Positions 25,201 through 37,850 of a stretch of 60,000 nt of DNA are shown here, piece by piece. The stretch comes from Botryllus schlosseri. Its lineage: Eukaryota. Every line of letters starts with the position of its first letter. Position 1 is the first letter of the stretch. The notes under the pieces were generated by a model. That model searched no databases and was not told the DNA's origin. It saw nothing but the letters and a program-made list of their open reading frames with translations. The stretch spans positions 9,550,001 to 9,610,000 of the forward strand of contig CM119371.1 in the NCBI GenBank assembly GCA_051294905.1. Reading direction: 5' to 3'. The translations under genes and the position numbers were made by a program.

Positions 25201-28190
25201 TCAGTAGTGGCAACATCAGATTGGAGCTTGAAGCAGATACAATGCATGTACTAAACACACGAGAAACGCTTCTGTGGGATTAAAAACGAACACGTTTAAA
25301 ACAAGGCCCTTGTTTGAAACATGTTTTTAATTTAATTTTTAAACCATGACGTCACGGATATTCAATTGTGACGTCATAGTAGATTGGCATGGACAATTGA
25401 AAATGTAGGGTAAATATCGCTCCTTCGACGAAATATCTACGTACTAAGAGGGTTCCAACCATCCCATATCGCATACGTCAGCTATATCGGGTGGTAATCG
25501 TCCGTTGGCTCACCTCACACAACATGTTTATGGAAAGTATTTACACAATTAAACAACTTAGAAAGAACACAATTGTTTTTAAAAGGCCTTTAAAACACTG
25601 TTTAAATTTAAAACATGATTTAAACAAAGTGCTTTAAACAACCATTTGTTTTAATGCAACTCTATTTGTAAGTCTATAGCTCGAATCCAGGAAAATCGTT
25701 TCTTGCTTCAGCCTCGAATGAATTATGAAACGCTGGTATCTCGTAAGCAAAATTTTGCCAAAGGTGAACGTGACATCTCGCGCTCTTTTGTATATTATGT
25801 CGTGTACAGATTTTGGTTATTTAGGACATTAATTATTAGCCACCGGTCTGTGTCTTTTTTGAGTTCGCAGGTGTGCTTTCGTTAATATGAATATAGGGTG
25901 TTTCAAAGACGCTGTTATGTTAATATTAGCGTAAAACGGTGATGATGTTAGGAGTCTTAAACGAAATTTACAACAAGGAGTTCACATAGGATTAACGAGA
26001 AATTAAAACGGTGAAAACAAGCAGTAACAAAAACGTATAGCACACCACATCACAAAAATGCGTGGATTATCAAACATGTAATAGTTTAGTTTCCTACATG
26101 CCGAATTATGTTAAGTGCATATTATAAAGTCCGCCGTTCTACAAAAAAATTGCATTGAATGGACGCAAATCGATTGTATTGCGCACTGTGCATGAGCATG
26201 ATGATATGTTTTGTTAAAAGCAATTCCAACCTCATGTTAAAATTGTCAACATGGTCGGATTCGATTGCATGGTTTACTGCGCAGTGTACATATGCTACTT
26301 TTACGCTTAGGCTATACCTTTATACGATTTCGCAAACTGGTAAATTTTGTTGTTCAATCCGAGCTGGGATCATTAGTAGTTACTCAAGGGATGTTTGAGA
26401 CTTATATATTACTTAGTTGCAAAGCAGTATAAACATCCTTGCGTGCTGCATGAATTAAAATCGTGGTGGCAAACATAATATTATAGCTTAGAGATGGCTA
26501 CGGCCCCATATCTACCCGTTTTTAGACACAAATGGTCTCGCGGTATATCGATGTTATGAGAAACCTAGGATTTTATGAATCCAGGATTGGATTTTCCCTT
26601 AAATTGTTATTCAGATTAGAAATATCGGCGTTTAGATTTTCAAAATCCAAATTATACCTGGATAGATATCATACACAATATTGTATTAGTCTTCATCTTG
26701 ATTTATCTGATTAGGATTTCGATTAGCAAGCAAAATTTTGGGCATTTTTTGATTCATAGAATCATATAATATCGTATAAAAGTTGATGTTTGTATATTTC
26801 GAACACGATTTAAATTCGATCAATTCAATTTAGGATTATTCAAGTTCTAATCTGTACTTATGTCATCCGTATTATAAGCCTTAGTATATCATTATTTCTC
26901 ATTTGCTTGGAAAAATATTATTGGTTATTTTTCAGTACTTTTCTTATTCTTCGGTACGATTAATATGCTTATTAGTATGACAGGGCACAATGATTCGAGT
27001 CGAGTAGTACGGGATAGTTTTTTCGGGTACTGATCTTATACGATCCTTGCCAATGAGAGATAATTTACCGACGAGAATTATAGTTTCGATACTATTTTCC
27101 ACTGTTGTAAGGTGTAAACCCCGATTAGTCGTATCCCAACACAGGAAACATGTAGTGAAAAGCCACACGCGTATATAGAAATGAAATGACGGTGAAGTCG
27201 TTGACAACCCACAGCAGTTTGTCACAAAGTGACATGATATAAGTACGGCCGAAAAAAATACTAAATACACACTCTCGGCTTATATCATAATATACCAGTC
27301 ACTGGGTCAACAAAAGGAGTTCGTGTACCATCTAATAATAGTACATTGAACGCTCTCTTATTCGAAATTTCATGCTGGTGACATCATATTTTGTGATACG
27401 ATTGTTGATATGCGATGTTCTTTCCAATTTTCTACTACTTTCTGGCGATTACCCCTGAAGAAGTCATCCGAAAACATTCGGTTTCATTTCAATATGAATA
27501 TGGTATTCAATTGAAGTTCTGTACCTCCAAGAAGCTCTTCAAATATAATGTAAAAATTGGCATTTTTTTGTAGTTGAATAACCGGCACAATGGTACAAAT
27601 GTGAACTTTCCACGTCACCCATATTGTTATGACTTCATAATACACGATTTTGAATCGAATTACTCAGTTACTCGATTTTACTCAGTTCTACTTAGTGGCT
27701 ATTATAATTAGCATATCTTAATTGAGTTTCATGAATGTCACCATGATCATTATGTTCATAAGTTTACCCGTAAAAAAACAACGGAACGAATTCAGGATTC
27801 GAACTTGATTCAAATCACAAAACCAAGATTTGAATTGGAAGCCACCAAACTTGCTCACTTTGGTCACGCGTACGACAGTCATGCAATTGAACTCATGCAA
27901 ATTGTGACGAACCGACGGATGACACTCTCACGGGGCATTACGCGCACATACAAACCTCCTATCGCATCGCCGAGTGTGAAAAGTCCTAAAACCGAAACGG
28001 CGTCCGAGTATTTCACGTCGTACTCCGCCATAATCGACCGGAAAAACACAGGTATCACGCGAAAAAATCCAATCGTTGTGAATCCGATGACTAAGTTGCC
28101 GCAAACTACAACCCAGCTCCATGTCCCGTCGGGCGGGACTCGGTGTGGAGAGACCTCGGTATCGCATTGAACTTTCACGGATCCTTCCAT
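13261..28190 (-). CDS. Monocarboxylate transporter family (SLC16/MCT-like) MFS transporter, about 452 aa, 6 coding exons
   Basis: Exons on minus strand with GT-AG boundaries and consistent phases: 28190-27956 (MEGSVK..PPDGTWSWVVV..GDAIG; PPDGgwgW is the SLC16 N-terminal signature), 23432-23289 (FILPVLTRKFGSRKICV..), 23234-22774 (..YFVKHRAKATGISTLG..LIEIYGWRGALLIMSGILLNSCVSAALY..), 21417-21266 (VGANTFLV..GFVADAKW), 17431-17190 (..SYWSLASASFLYGFF..DIVGPHNIAAAVG..), 13385-13261 (GRLVDATDDARYTFY..RLKRKVLI*). Total 1359 nt. Specific SLC16 orthologue cannot be assigned. Confidence 0.88.
13655..14140 (+). mobile_element. Cluster of partial/internally deleted SINE family 1 copies
   Basis: Repeated GGCGAGATAGCGT..GGGTTGCGGGTTCG heads and ..GACCTGGTGTAAATGACCATAGTAGTCGACAAACA.. 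tails. Confidence 0.7.
14707..15658. mobile_element. hAT-like MITE (TAGGG termini, GTGAACC subterminal repeats)
   Basis: TAGGGCTGGTGTTAAC / GTTCACACCAACCCTA; TSD weak. Confidence 0.6.
16760..17070 (-). mobile_element. tRNA-derived SINE, family 2
   Basis: Minus strand: box A TAGCGTAATGG, box B GGTTCAATCCC, then GGGTCAGACCAAAGAC; the 3' part recurs at ~20830-21025 and the head at 23772-23905. Confidence 0.7.
17708..18232. mobile_element. hAT-like MITE, GACTCGAGTC-repeat family
   Basis: CAGGGTTG / CAACCCTG termini, many GACTCGAGTC motifs, TSD atacatac/agatatac. Related copies at ~18491-18900, ~31700-31900, ~44100-46170, 47885-48598, ~52525-53085, 53377-53826 and ~56614-57395. Confidence 0.78.
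19335..19562 (+). CDS. Heterotrimeric G-protein gamma subunit (GGL domain), 75 aa, coding region intronless
   Basis: Typical size; N-terminal coiled-coil (EKNIKELQHEL), IKVSQACAELMDFC, D-x-L-V and NP motifs, C-terminal CaaX box CAIL (geranylgeranylation type). Confidence 0.85.
   Translation: MSALEIGQAEKNIKELQHELSTKEHCIKVSQACAELMDFCNTQRPSDYLVYRSPNNPNAAVWKVGRKPHFPCAIL
19786..20179. mobile_element. hAT-like MITE (TAGGGTTACCAT termini) inserted in another CAGTGG element
   Basis: TSD ggttctgc / ggttcagc; related copies at ~56683-57066 and ~59527-59935. Confidence 0.72.
22117..22531. mobile_element. hAT-like MITE (TAGGGCTGGGCA termini)
   Basis: TIR TAGGGCTGGGCAAAAT / ATTGTGCCCAGCCCTA; TSD cttaggag / cttgggag; related copy at ~16200-16632. 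Confidence 0.78.
23772..23905 (+). mobile_element. tRNA-derived SINE family 2 head with conserved central domain
   Basis: Box A TAGTGTAATGG, box B GGTTCGATCCC, followed by GGGTCATCCCAAAGACTCGAAAATTAGTATCCGCAGCTATCCTGCTAGGCGCTCAGCA. Confidence 0.7.
24935..25151 (-). pseudogene. Duplicated alternative first coding exon of the SLC16 gene with an in-frame TAG
   Basis: Translates MPGLVLSPKGEVLPDTLWSWVVVGGNSIIGVTSLGFFRTYPVYFLHVMSE*GVEYANVASLPGLFTFGMAVG, collinear with exon 28190-27956. Phase-1 donor (GGAT/gtaag), upstream acceptor (ttgcag/, exon start 25184). TAG at 25001-24999 where the paralogous exon has Tyr. Confidence 0.75.
27350..27545 (+). mobile_element. Short non-autonomous PLE-derived element with hammerhead-like core
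   Basis: ACCC-CTGAAGA-AGTCATCC-GAAA-ACAT-TC-GG at 27451-27481; homologous copies at ~22545-22600, ~43165-43330, ~46590-46830, ~49715-49780 plus 50407-50475, and ~58270-58495. Confidence 0.6.
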
Positions 28191-29024
28191 CCGATATCAC
28201 GCGACAACGGCAGATCGGCAGTGACTAATCCAATAATGACATTGCTATACAAGAGAATACAATGCGACACAATACAACACACTTTGAAAACAGCGATCCT
28301 AGTGTTGAGACTCGGAATGTTCTCGAATGCAGTGAGCTCTCACAAGGAACTCACACTCACGAATGCTTATCTCAAAAACTTATGACCTTAAAAAATCCGC
28401 AACTAACTAACTAGCAATCATCTAGGCTACTGGTATTAATGATGACTCTGGATGCGATAACATCACATAATAGAACGCTGGTAACACGTTTCACGCCAAA
28501 CGACGATGCGTCTTCTACGGTCCGTGGACATAAGAGCATGTGGCATAATAGCATGCGTCAATTGGGCAGGGGACACTTGAGCACGTGGGTAAAATTTGGG
28601 ATTAGGGTTGGGTATGGTGAAGATTGAGGATTGGTTTCGGGTTAGGTTTGGGATTCGGATATATATAAATGCTGATTTCAGGGTTAGGCGGGGGAGGGTG
28701 GGGGTTAGACACTGTTTTGGGGTAGTGAAACCACATACCGAAGTGACGCATGCTAACGTTTCGCATGCTGATCTGTCGTATTTCATTGTGTCGCATGCTC
28801 CTATGTCAGGCAAACGTCTTCTAGTTGTTGAGCAACTAATTCTTTTGTAACTACGCAATTACAACCAGAGCTTTGGAGCAGCCGCATATTTGCATTGCTC
28901 CAGCTCCGGCGCTTTCTTCTATCATACATTAGCTCCGGCTCCAGCTCCGGAGCCGCATCATTACCACTGCTCCCGCTCCAGCTCCGGCTCCGACTCTGAA
29001 AACTATCGAAGTATCTGTCTATAT

Positions 29025-29708
29025 CAGGGCCGGGAAACCCGCGGCCTGCGGGCCATATGTGGCCCGAGAGAAGGTTTTGAGTAGCCCGCGAGCTAATTTC
29101 CCATTAAATTATCGAATTTCCTGTTATATTATCGATATTGAATTGCTCAGATTGTGAACTTGCAAGGTCAAACAAAAATGTGATTAGTCTGGCCGCGACA
29201 CTTGGGATGTTGATGACTAAAATATCAGTTCCGACGCATTGGCAGACCCAGGGTCCAGTCATATTTTTAGTAAATCGTCGTACATTACAATAAACTAAAA
29301 ATGTATTAAAATTTTTCTTCACGCATCGCGTGTTTAATTGTCCCACAATTTCTTTCTTTGTAGCCTACCCTCACCTGAAAATGAAAAAACGCCTGATATA
29401 GCCGATTGAGTCTAAATTTGGCAATTGCGAGAGAAAGTCTTTTCGCGTTTGCGCTCGCAGAATCATCGTCGACGATGAAATGTAGGCACAAAATGATTGT
29501 CGTATATTATATCTTCGATATCGATATTTCCAGTTGCCGAATAGTCTTGTCCTTGCAAACTGAGCCCAGCAGGCGGTATACAGTCTACCCGCAATATATC
29601 CACGTAATAATAATATTAACTTTGAAAATTTTCTCGCGCGGCTAGTGGGCAGCGCACTCATTCGTCAATTTCATTTAGCCCTTTAACCGAAAAGGTTGGC
29701 CACCCCTG
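29025..29708. mobile_element. hAT (Charlie-like) MITE
   Basis: CAGGGCCGGGAAACC..CGGGCC / GGTTGGCCACCCCTG; TSD gtctatat / atctatat. Confidence 0.72.
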
Positions 29709-30808
29709 ATCTATATAGACTACTAATTTACCCGTAAGTTAGTTATCTATAGTAATCTAGAGTCTGTCAGCCGTCAGTAACATCGGATGCATGAAAACAT
29801 AGGTGTAGGCCTGTGACGACATAATGAATACTTGTCAATTGTCGATAACATCATAGTTGCACTAGAACGCTACTCCGCGCCATTGCTGTTGTGCAACATT
29901 CAAATTCTGATGCCGCGTTTTAACACTGGCACTGTACTCGTTAACATTAAGCCATACAGCTCAATTCAATCTTTAAATGTGCCATTATTATTCAACTGTA
30001 ACTGTAGTAAAAGCAACATGGGCGGATATAACGACGTGATCAATAGAAATTCGATTTGTATACCAAATGGCCAATGGTTTGACGTTCGATATTGGTGCAC
30101 TCGTTACCAGTCCATCCGGTGTCGATCAAGATTATCGGAATATAATATTTTCCCGTTGAAACGAATCGAATAATCGAATTAAACACTGTGCCATGCACAT
30201 TGCGCCATGCCCATAACGAATTAAACTATGCAATATGCACATTGCACATTTACAAGTCACAGTGCACGATAATCCGGGAATACTAGAGTATGAAGAAGTT
30301 ATCAAGAATGAATTTACGAAACAGATGATAACAAATTGGAAATCGCGTTTATTTATTTATTGTGAGAAGAAGAAGAGTGGCGCCTATCACCGTTATAGGT
30401 CTTGTGCGCCACGACATTGGAAATCGCGTATCAAATCAGTAACTTGTCTTCAACATAAAATATCATGGGGTTTGGGGCTACTCTTCTGTCATCCCCTATT
30501 TACGCTCGAAAATCCTTACTGGAGTGAATGACGATGATGCGCAATAATGAATTCCAATTAGCATGCATAATTGCATACTCAATAAACACTGTCCAATTTC
30601 GCGTCCCGATTAAAGAACGATCACGAAAGAACGAGTATTTGCTCATCCGATTCATATACAATTGGTATACAATCCGTATACAATTAGCCAACAAGATTGT
30701 GCTGATGATGAAATTGCGGGCATGCCGAATACCCACAATATTCACAAGCATTTTTCGCATACCGAGGTTCGGTACTAATGTGTGAAAATTGAACATTGAA
30801 CATACGAC

Positions 30809-33158
30809 CAGACATGGGGTGATTACTTCACGAATGTAATCGATTGCGATTACGATTACTTGTGAATCCCGCGATTACGATTACCGCAAAATCAGGAAGT
30901 AGTCGATTACTCACGAATACATTTGTTTTGCTTCTTAGAACTAATTTCCGAAGAGATATTGGAAGACAATATAAGGCTTGCGATGAAAAGGTGTAATGAG
31001 ATAAAAACTTTCTTCATAAATTATGAGTCATTTGCGTGTTACGTCATAATGCACCCATTGCCCAACTCTATGCAGGACTATTCGTCGCACCCAACGATTT
31101 GCATTCTTGCCAGGTCCGTAACTGCCACAACCTAAACTCCCCAATAGGACCGGGAGCGAGCTTTAAGGGAACTCAAAAGTATTTCGTAAATCAACATAAA
31201 TTATTATAGAGTATTTTCGAGAGAGTTAATGAACTTGAAAATTCTCTTCGAGCTTTGGGATTTAATGTCTCTAAATAGCTTGATTTTGAAACGCATACCT
31301 CTCCCCTCAAGAAAAAAAGCATGCATGATTTATAGGAATAGCCATTTCGGTGGCGGTCATTACCCCGCCACGACACACCAAAAGACGTATGCAATTTCGG
31401 CCAACATGCAACTCCACAAAGTGCACTACTGAAGAATGACCATGGCCAAAACTTTGGGTATGTGTCCATTGTCAGTAGCCGCGCTCTATGGCTCGAGACT
31501 AGAACAGCCAAGAGAGACCTTCCATGTAACTTCGAAGAATAGTGAAGTTACCACATTTTTTGTATTTCGACTATCAGTCCTGACACTTGAAAATAGGGCC
31601 GTAAACTGTGGAAACTGATGAAAATTACTATATTATGAATACAAGCCATTCTATATCACTCGAGAAGAGTGGAAAAAAGTGGGTTGAACCGGATTCATCG
31701 GAAAACTGATCTGTGAACATAACGACTTGGATTCGTACTCGAGTCAAACACTATGACTCGGACTCGACCCTATACTAGCTGACTTGGACTCAGACCTGAC
31801 TCAGGAGTTAATTAAAAATGACTCGACTTGACTCGCGTGAAAACTATAAATGTGAGATTGACTTGTGACTCGGAACATTGTGACTTGGTTACAAGCCTAC
31901 CAATACCAGCGTTTGGAGTGGGGGACGAATTGCTGTTTTGGTCCAGATTGTACCTACATTAGGGCTCTTCAAAAATGACTTTTTTTCTCAAATCGTACTG
32001 GCTACTTGATAAAATTGTTAGGTTACCTAATTTAAGCCTACACACAAAATTTGCTTCAATTCCAGCCAGTAACCGCTTTGCTACAGGAGAAGAAAGTTTC
32101 TATTTATTATATAAAAATAAATAATGAAAAATTTGAAAATTTTTTGTTCACCCCATGAAAGTGTTAGGCTGTCTATAGAAACGATGCTCACCAAATTTGG
32201 TTCAATTCCAACCAGTGGAAGCGGAGTTATTGCCGTCGAAAAATTTGGATTTGAATAAAATAGTATTTGCGGTGACCACAACTATAATAAATAAACAAAG
32301 AATCGGTCACCGTAAATACCATTTTATTCAAATCCGAATTTTTCGACGGCAATAACTCCGCTTCCAATCTGGTGGTCCCAGTTCGATTGCCGTCGGAGGT
32401 TTATCTGGGCTCCTCTTCGCCCGTCGTTGCCGTTGTCCAGAAAAAGACCCGACGAAAGAAAGCACTCACAAGGATGGAAAGAACTGGCAGAAAGGGCCGC
32501 GGCTTCAACAAAATCAAAACCGATAAGAACTGCGACATCGGGCACTCTAGGCCGAGCCGGATGTTAGATTAAAAGGATCGCAACTGCATGCGTGTCGTTC
32601 GACATCCTCCTATCTGCTCATTACATCGCATTGTGTCTTATCGCCTTGTACATTGTGTGTGACTCGTTTAGACGAAAAATATAACCCAACGATTATTATT
32701 ATTATCTTGCTGCGAGGTATAGTGGCGTCTGGAGTGTATTGATAACCTGATATAGCCTACAGCATGGCTTACACTGTTCTAACAATAACACAACCATGTG
32801 CATTGAATATATATATTTACTACGTGTGGATAGCCTACTTCTTTCGCAAGGACGAGCAAAACTAATACTTCCGACGTAATAATGAGCAGTGGCGTTTGAA
32901 AATCAACTGTTTGCGCTATCAATAACCTGGTATAATATCTCTTCCTTGTTCACGAATGCTCGGTTATGTCATATTCATTGTACGTACAAATAAAAAAGTA
33001 ATCGTTCTTTCCCAAAGAAATCGATTAGATATGTGAAGTAGTCGATTACGATTACTTTGGATTTTTTTCGAATGTAATCGATTGCGATTACGATTACTTG
33101 AAAATGCTGTAATCGTCGTAATCGATTACGATTACTAATCGCGATTACCCCATGTCTG
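30809..33158. mobile_element. hAT-like element with GATTAC subterminal repeats
   Basis: TIR CAGACATGGGGT / ACCCCATGTCTG; TSD catacgac / cataccac. Confidence 0.78.
31960..32368. mobile_element. Truncated copy of the palindromic element at 49781-50406
   Basis: Left arm nearly identical to 49781 onward; central hairpin GGTGACC..GGTCACC; right arm truncated. Confidence 0.8.
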
Positions 33159-34120
33159 CATACCACTGCTCTACTGTTAATTCCCCAGGAATATGGTCGT
33201 CGGAAAAGGTAGCGCCAAAGAAGCAAAGATTCTTAATTTCGCGAAGTTCTGCTGTTGAATTATGTGAAATCAGCAGATATGGTTGTTGCATCGATAATAG
33301 CATCTTATGAAAAACGTCGGAGCCGGAGCCACCTCTCAAATAACTGGCTCCAGCTCCAGCTCCGGCTCCGGCTGAATTTTATGTCGAGCTCCGGCTCCGG
33401 CTCCAGCACCGGTAAAAATGCGCGGCTCCGGGGCTCCGGCTCCAAAGCTCTGATTACAATTATAACTATACAGCTACCCACTTCAAATTCTGCAACTAAA
33501 ACTAGAACTAGAACCACCCAAAATCCATAAGTTAATTGGCCGTCAATTAACTATATTGGGAGTTTGTACAAGTCTGGCATCCGTGTCTTTATTTAATTAC
33601 CAAGCCTCAATATATTGTAACGAAATCGCAGGCAACGCGTATGACAGGCATAAAGATTTCAACTTTCTGCGATGTTTTGGTGTGATAACAGTGAAAAACT
33701 GCATGAGTTACATTTATATGATATATGCTTGCGGTTGCAACTTCGGAGATATATGCACAAATACAAGCACGTCGCACATGTCTAGAGTAAAACCTCGGAT
33801 TATCGGCTATATTATTGCAGCCAGTGCCGATTTCAATTAGCGAACTAGAGCGATTCTCAATTTGCGAATACGTAGTAACGACATATTCAACCGGAAGTGA
33901 ATGATGTCACAGCAAATACCAAGCCGCAGCTTAATAAACTATCCAAAGCAAACATGCCGAGATGTTTTGAATTTTGAAGCTCTTCAAATACTAAGTTGCC
34001 ATACTGCTATGAGCCGCCTTGTGAGGATTGCAGATGTTTACCCTACATTTGCAGAAAATTGGCAAGAAGGCAAAGCATTTTCGCGACGAGTTTTGCAATC
34101 ACCGATGTCATTGTCTATAT

Positions 34121-34368
34121 CAGTGGTTCCCAACCTTTTGCGACCCACCGCCCCCTTTTGAAGCCAAACACCGATCATCGCCCCCCAAATTTTGTGTACC
34201 GTGTGCTCGATGTCGAATTTGACACTTTTGCAACTAAATTTCCGTGGGTTGACTAAAACAAAGGTCAGCCGTTTTGACGCGTCATCGCCCCTGCGCTATT
34301 TTCGCCCCCTATCGCCCCTTTCGTCATTTTCGCCCTCCTAGACCTATCGCCCACGTTGGGAACCAGTG
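34121..34368. mobile_element. hAT (Charlie-like) MITE
   Basis: CAGTGGTTCCCAAC / GTTGGGAACCAGTG; perfect TSD gtctatat. Confidence 0.85.
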
Positions 34369-37300
34369 GTCTATATGGAAGGATGAGAGACAAGTTTCCT
34401 ATCTTTCGCGCTAATTTTTCGTATCATCCTATGTAAGTATAAACAATTCACACTGCAAATGCGCTCGCGTCCACACTGCACTATCACTATCACTTGGAGT
34501 TAAATCATAGCCATAACAATGAAGATGTGTTGACTTGTTCGCAATCAATGGGGCAATCTACAATAACTTGTAGATAACTAACCTCTGTAGGTTATTCATT
34601 TATAAATAACTACACCTCGCGCACTACTAGTGTCTGATAGCTTGTTGCCATTTCCCTGTCACAATATTATTTCGCACACCACAGAAGTCCATAGTCATTA
34701 GTCATATACACACACACAGTGGACGCATCTCCATGAGAATGGACTAGGTACATTCTACCTGTTGACGTTCTGTCACACCACAATGGTGATGGCATCGCAG
34801 TAGGTTACCGTTCGCATTACCGATCAGCGCGAAGACTATTGCGTTCATCCTTACTACGTCGGGAGAAACGGAATGCATTCTACTACTTTCCTTCATTTAC
34901 ACATATGATACTAGAATGCTTTTACGAGCCTGCTCGTTTCAAGCGAGATAGAACTTGGGTTTTTATCTGCATCAGGAATTTAGCAAAGTCTACAAAACTT
35001 ACAATTAATGTTGTTATCAATCTGAATGAGACGACGTCTCATGGGAGTAAAAGCAATAGTTGGCCATGAATAGATTTAATACTAGATAGAGCGCATCAGT
35101 CAGCACGGAGATGTTGATATTCTATTCTATTTGAACCAAAATGTGGATTACCAAACGTATGCTGTTATTTCAAAGCCCAATATGGACAGGACATGGACAT
35201 TAGACACAGAGGTGGTCAAATTAGTCGGCGTTCGAACTAAAGTAGAAGTGGCGACGTAAATTTATCGTGAATTACAATCCCTAGACGTGTCAAAACTGCT
35301 TCAAGTGAACGTAGAAAATAAAGGAATAGAAAAGTACTCGTCAGGTACCCTGTGGTGGCTTTGTTCGAAATTGCTTGAAGCATGTTCGCGACCATCATCA
35401 CATGACTAACGACTCCTCAAATAGGCAGAATCTTCGAAAATATATCCAATTACCGACACACAAGACCTATTTCACTCGATTATTATGACAACTTGATACA
35501 AACACTTCCCAAACTGCTCGTTCGTCACAGTGTGGCAAGGCCAAACGATAGCAGTGTTTATTGTCCAATGCAAGCGATAAGCAGATATTCGACGCACAAT
35601 ATCCGGAGGATATGGTAGTGACATTCCTATAATAATAGTGACTGCTGCTTAGAATGGAATGCCGAATATGATATCGGTTCACTTAATCCTGTGTAAGCTG
35701 ACAACCTTGCCTATGCCATAGCCCTACCTATGATCATTATTTCGCATATCTAGCCTATACTATATAGTCGCATGCGGCTGAACAATGAACATGCGTCAAC
35801 ATTGCAAGCTTAATGCGGCTCTGATAACAAACAAATTATTAACTTCGATCTGCTAATCGTATCATTAATGATGCAATTTGGCTGTACTACTATATACATT
35901 CTGCAGCGGGCTAAAGAAGTGTGGTAGAGCCACCTTTGAACATTGCACGTCGTATAATTTCATTGCGAAATCATGATAGGTGTTAGTGCGAATGTTGTTA
36001 TCTCTAGGGCAGGTTTAGGAAATCTGCAATGACTTTGTCGGAATAGGGATTATTCACTAGCTTGGGAAAATTAATAATGGGCGGTTCTATGAGGAAGAGG
36101 CTTATCACGCAAAGACGAGAATATTATATGTGTCACGGTCTATGCGTAACATGCTGATTTCTGACTAACAAAGCATGAATTGCTCCCACATGATGCATTG
36201 TAAAAACAACATGAATGAACGGGAATTGAGATGTTATGACCATAATGTTCAATTTAAAATCCACTAGTTATTTGGGATGGGTGAATCCCATCGAAGTGCA
36301 TATGGTTGTACCAGCACGATATTAACTACGCGATAAATGTTCAGACTGTGGTATGTTAATATTGTGTGCCATGGGCCCTCTCGAGTACTTTGTCGCTTCA
36401 CACTCTTGTTGGAGAGACTAGCGAATTTACATAGTTATACTGTACTATTTCCGACCAGAAAATAAGGGGTTGACCGCCATAAATAGTCTGCCTTTCACAA
36501 GTATTTATCCAGGAACGTCGATGTAATATCCTCAAAGCACGCTATCAACAACGTTTTTGAGCTGCTACTAACGAGACATGGGTTATTGTCTTTCGTAAAG
36601 ACCTGCATCGTTGTCAACTGTCAAATCTACATAGTGTATAACTCGGGCAATCATTACTTCATGCTGCAATGCATGAATATATTATATTCTACTAAGCAGG
36701 CCTCATAAATCAGCGACCCGAGCTTGCCGTAGCTTACGAGTGCGCGGCATCGATCGGCATAACAAAGAGAGTGTATTTCAAAGTTGGTGTTTGTATGCGG
36801 CGCAAAAACTGCCGAGAGGTTGTTGATCATTCAACGTTACTGGAGCGCATCGAATTGATACATGATCGCCACCTTGCGATCAGACATTTTATCACATGAA
36901 TCAGCCAACTGTTTCAAGCGATAAATGTGGTATACGGGCATATATGGGGATTATTAGCCGAAATACCACTTATGTAACTCTAATACGATAACATGACAGT
37001 ATCTTGTCACTGAATTTACACCTCGATGGCATGTTCATAGTCAACTACATGCTCTCGATATTTATGACAAATTTTGTCCGGATTTGGAATGATACCGCTG
37101 CCATTTCATATTTTAACGTTTTTTCCAAATACAGAAAGAATTGTAACATATTACAAATTCAAAGAAAACATGTGGGTCACACGGAAGTCATTATCTGTAG
37201 GTCGCATTATCTCCTTTTCTCTCTCTTATCCCATTTTGTGGCCTTTTGATTGACGTATGTCGCATTCACGCGTGCTGCGCGGTACGATTTGTGGCGCCTT

Positions 37301-37850
37301 GTCTGATTTCAGTATCTCTGTGTAAATCGCAAGAGAATGTACGGTATTGAGATGTACAGGACAGGCGATAATGCCTATAATATCCAAAATGAAATGGTAC
37401 CATACCTATACCCTACAGTACAGGCTAACTGCACCGATTGTGTCCGGGTCGGCAGCAGAGTTGCAGAACTTGAGAACTTATAGGAAATATTCAGCTCTTC
37501 CAGATTCAATTAGAATTAGAATTATATAGTTACGCAGATTTTTGCAATTTACATTGGAATTTGAATTATATAGCTGCTCAGTTTTATTTTTCCAACTTAG
37601 ATTAGAATTGAAATTATTGAATTGGCTAAAACTTGTAAATTCACTAATTTCCGAATTAGAAAGATAATGAGTATACAACAAAAGTCACGCTCGGTTCATC
37701 CTCCCAACTGTCCCAAGCAAAGCGCGAATGTCCGTAGACCAAGCTTGGCTCTCGTGCGACTGTACAGCTCTCTTGTATTTTCAGGAAAACCAGAAATTAT
37801 AGATATTAGAATATAAATTTGTGTTGCAAATAAGAGAATTATTGTCGCTG

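Larger units (their letters stand above)
28866..33452. mobile_element. hAT-like element with GCTCCG subterminal repeats hosting nested insertions
   Basis: TIR CAGAGCTTTGGAGC / GCTCCAAAGCTCTG; TSD attacaac / attacaat. Confidence 0.75.
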
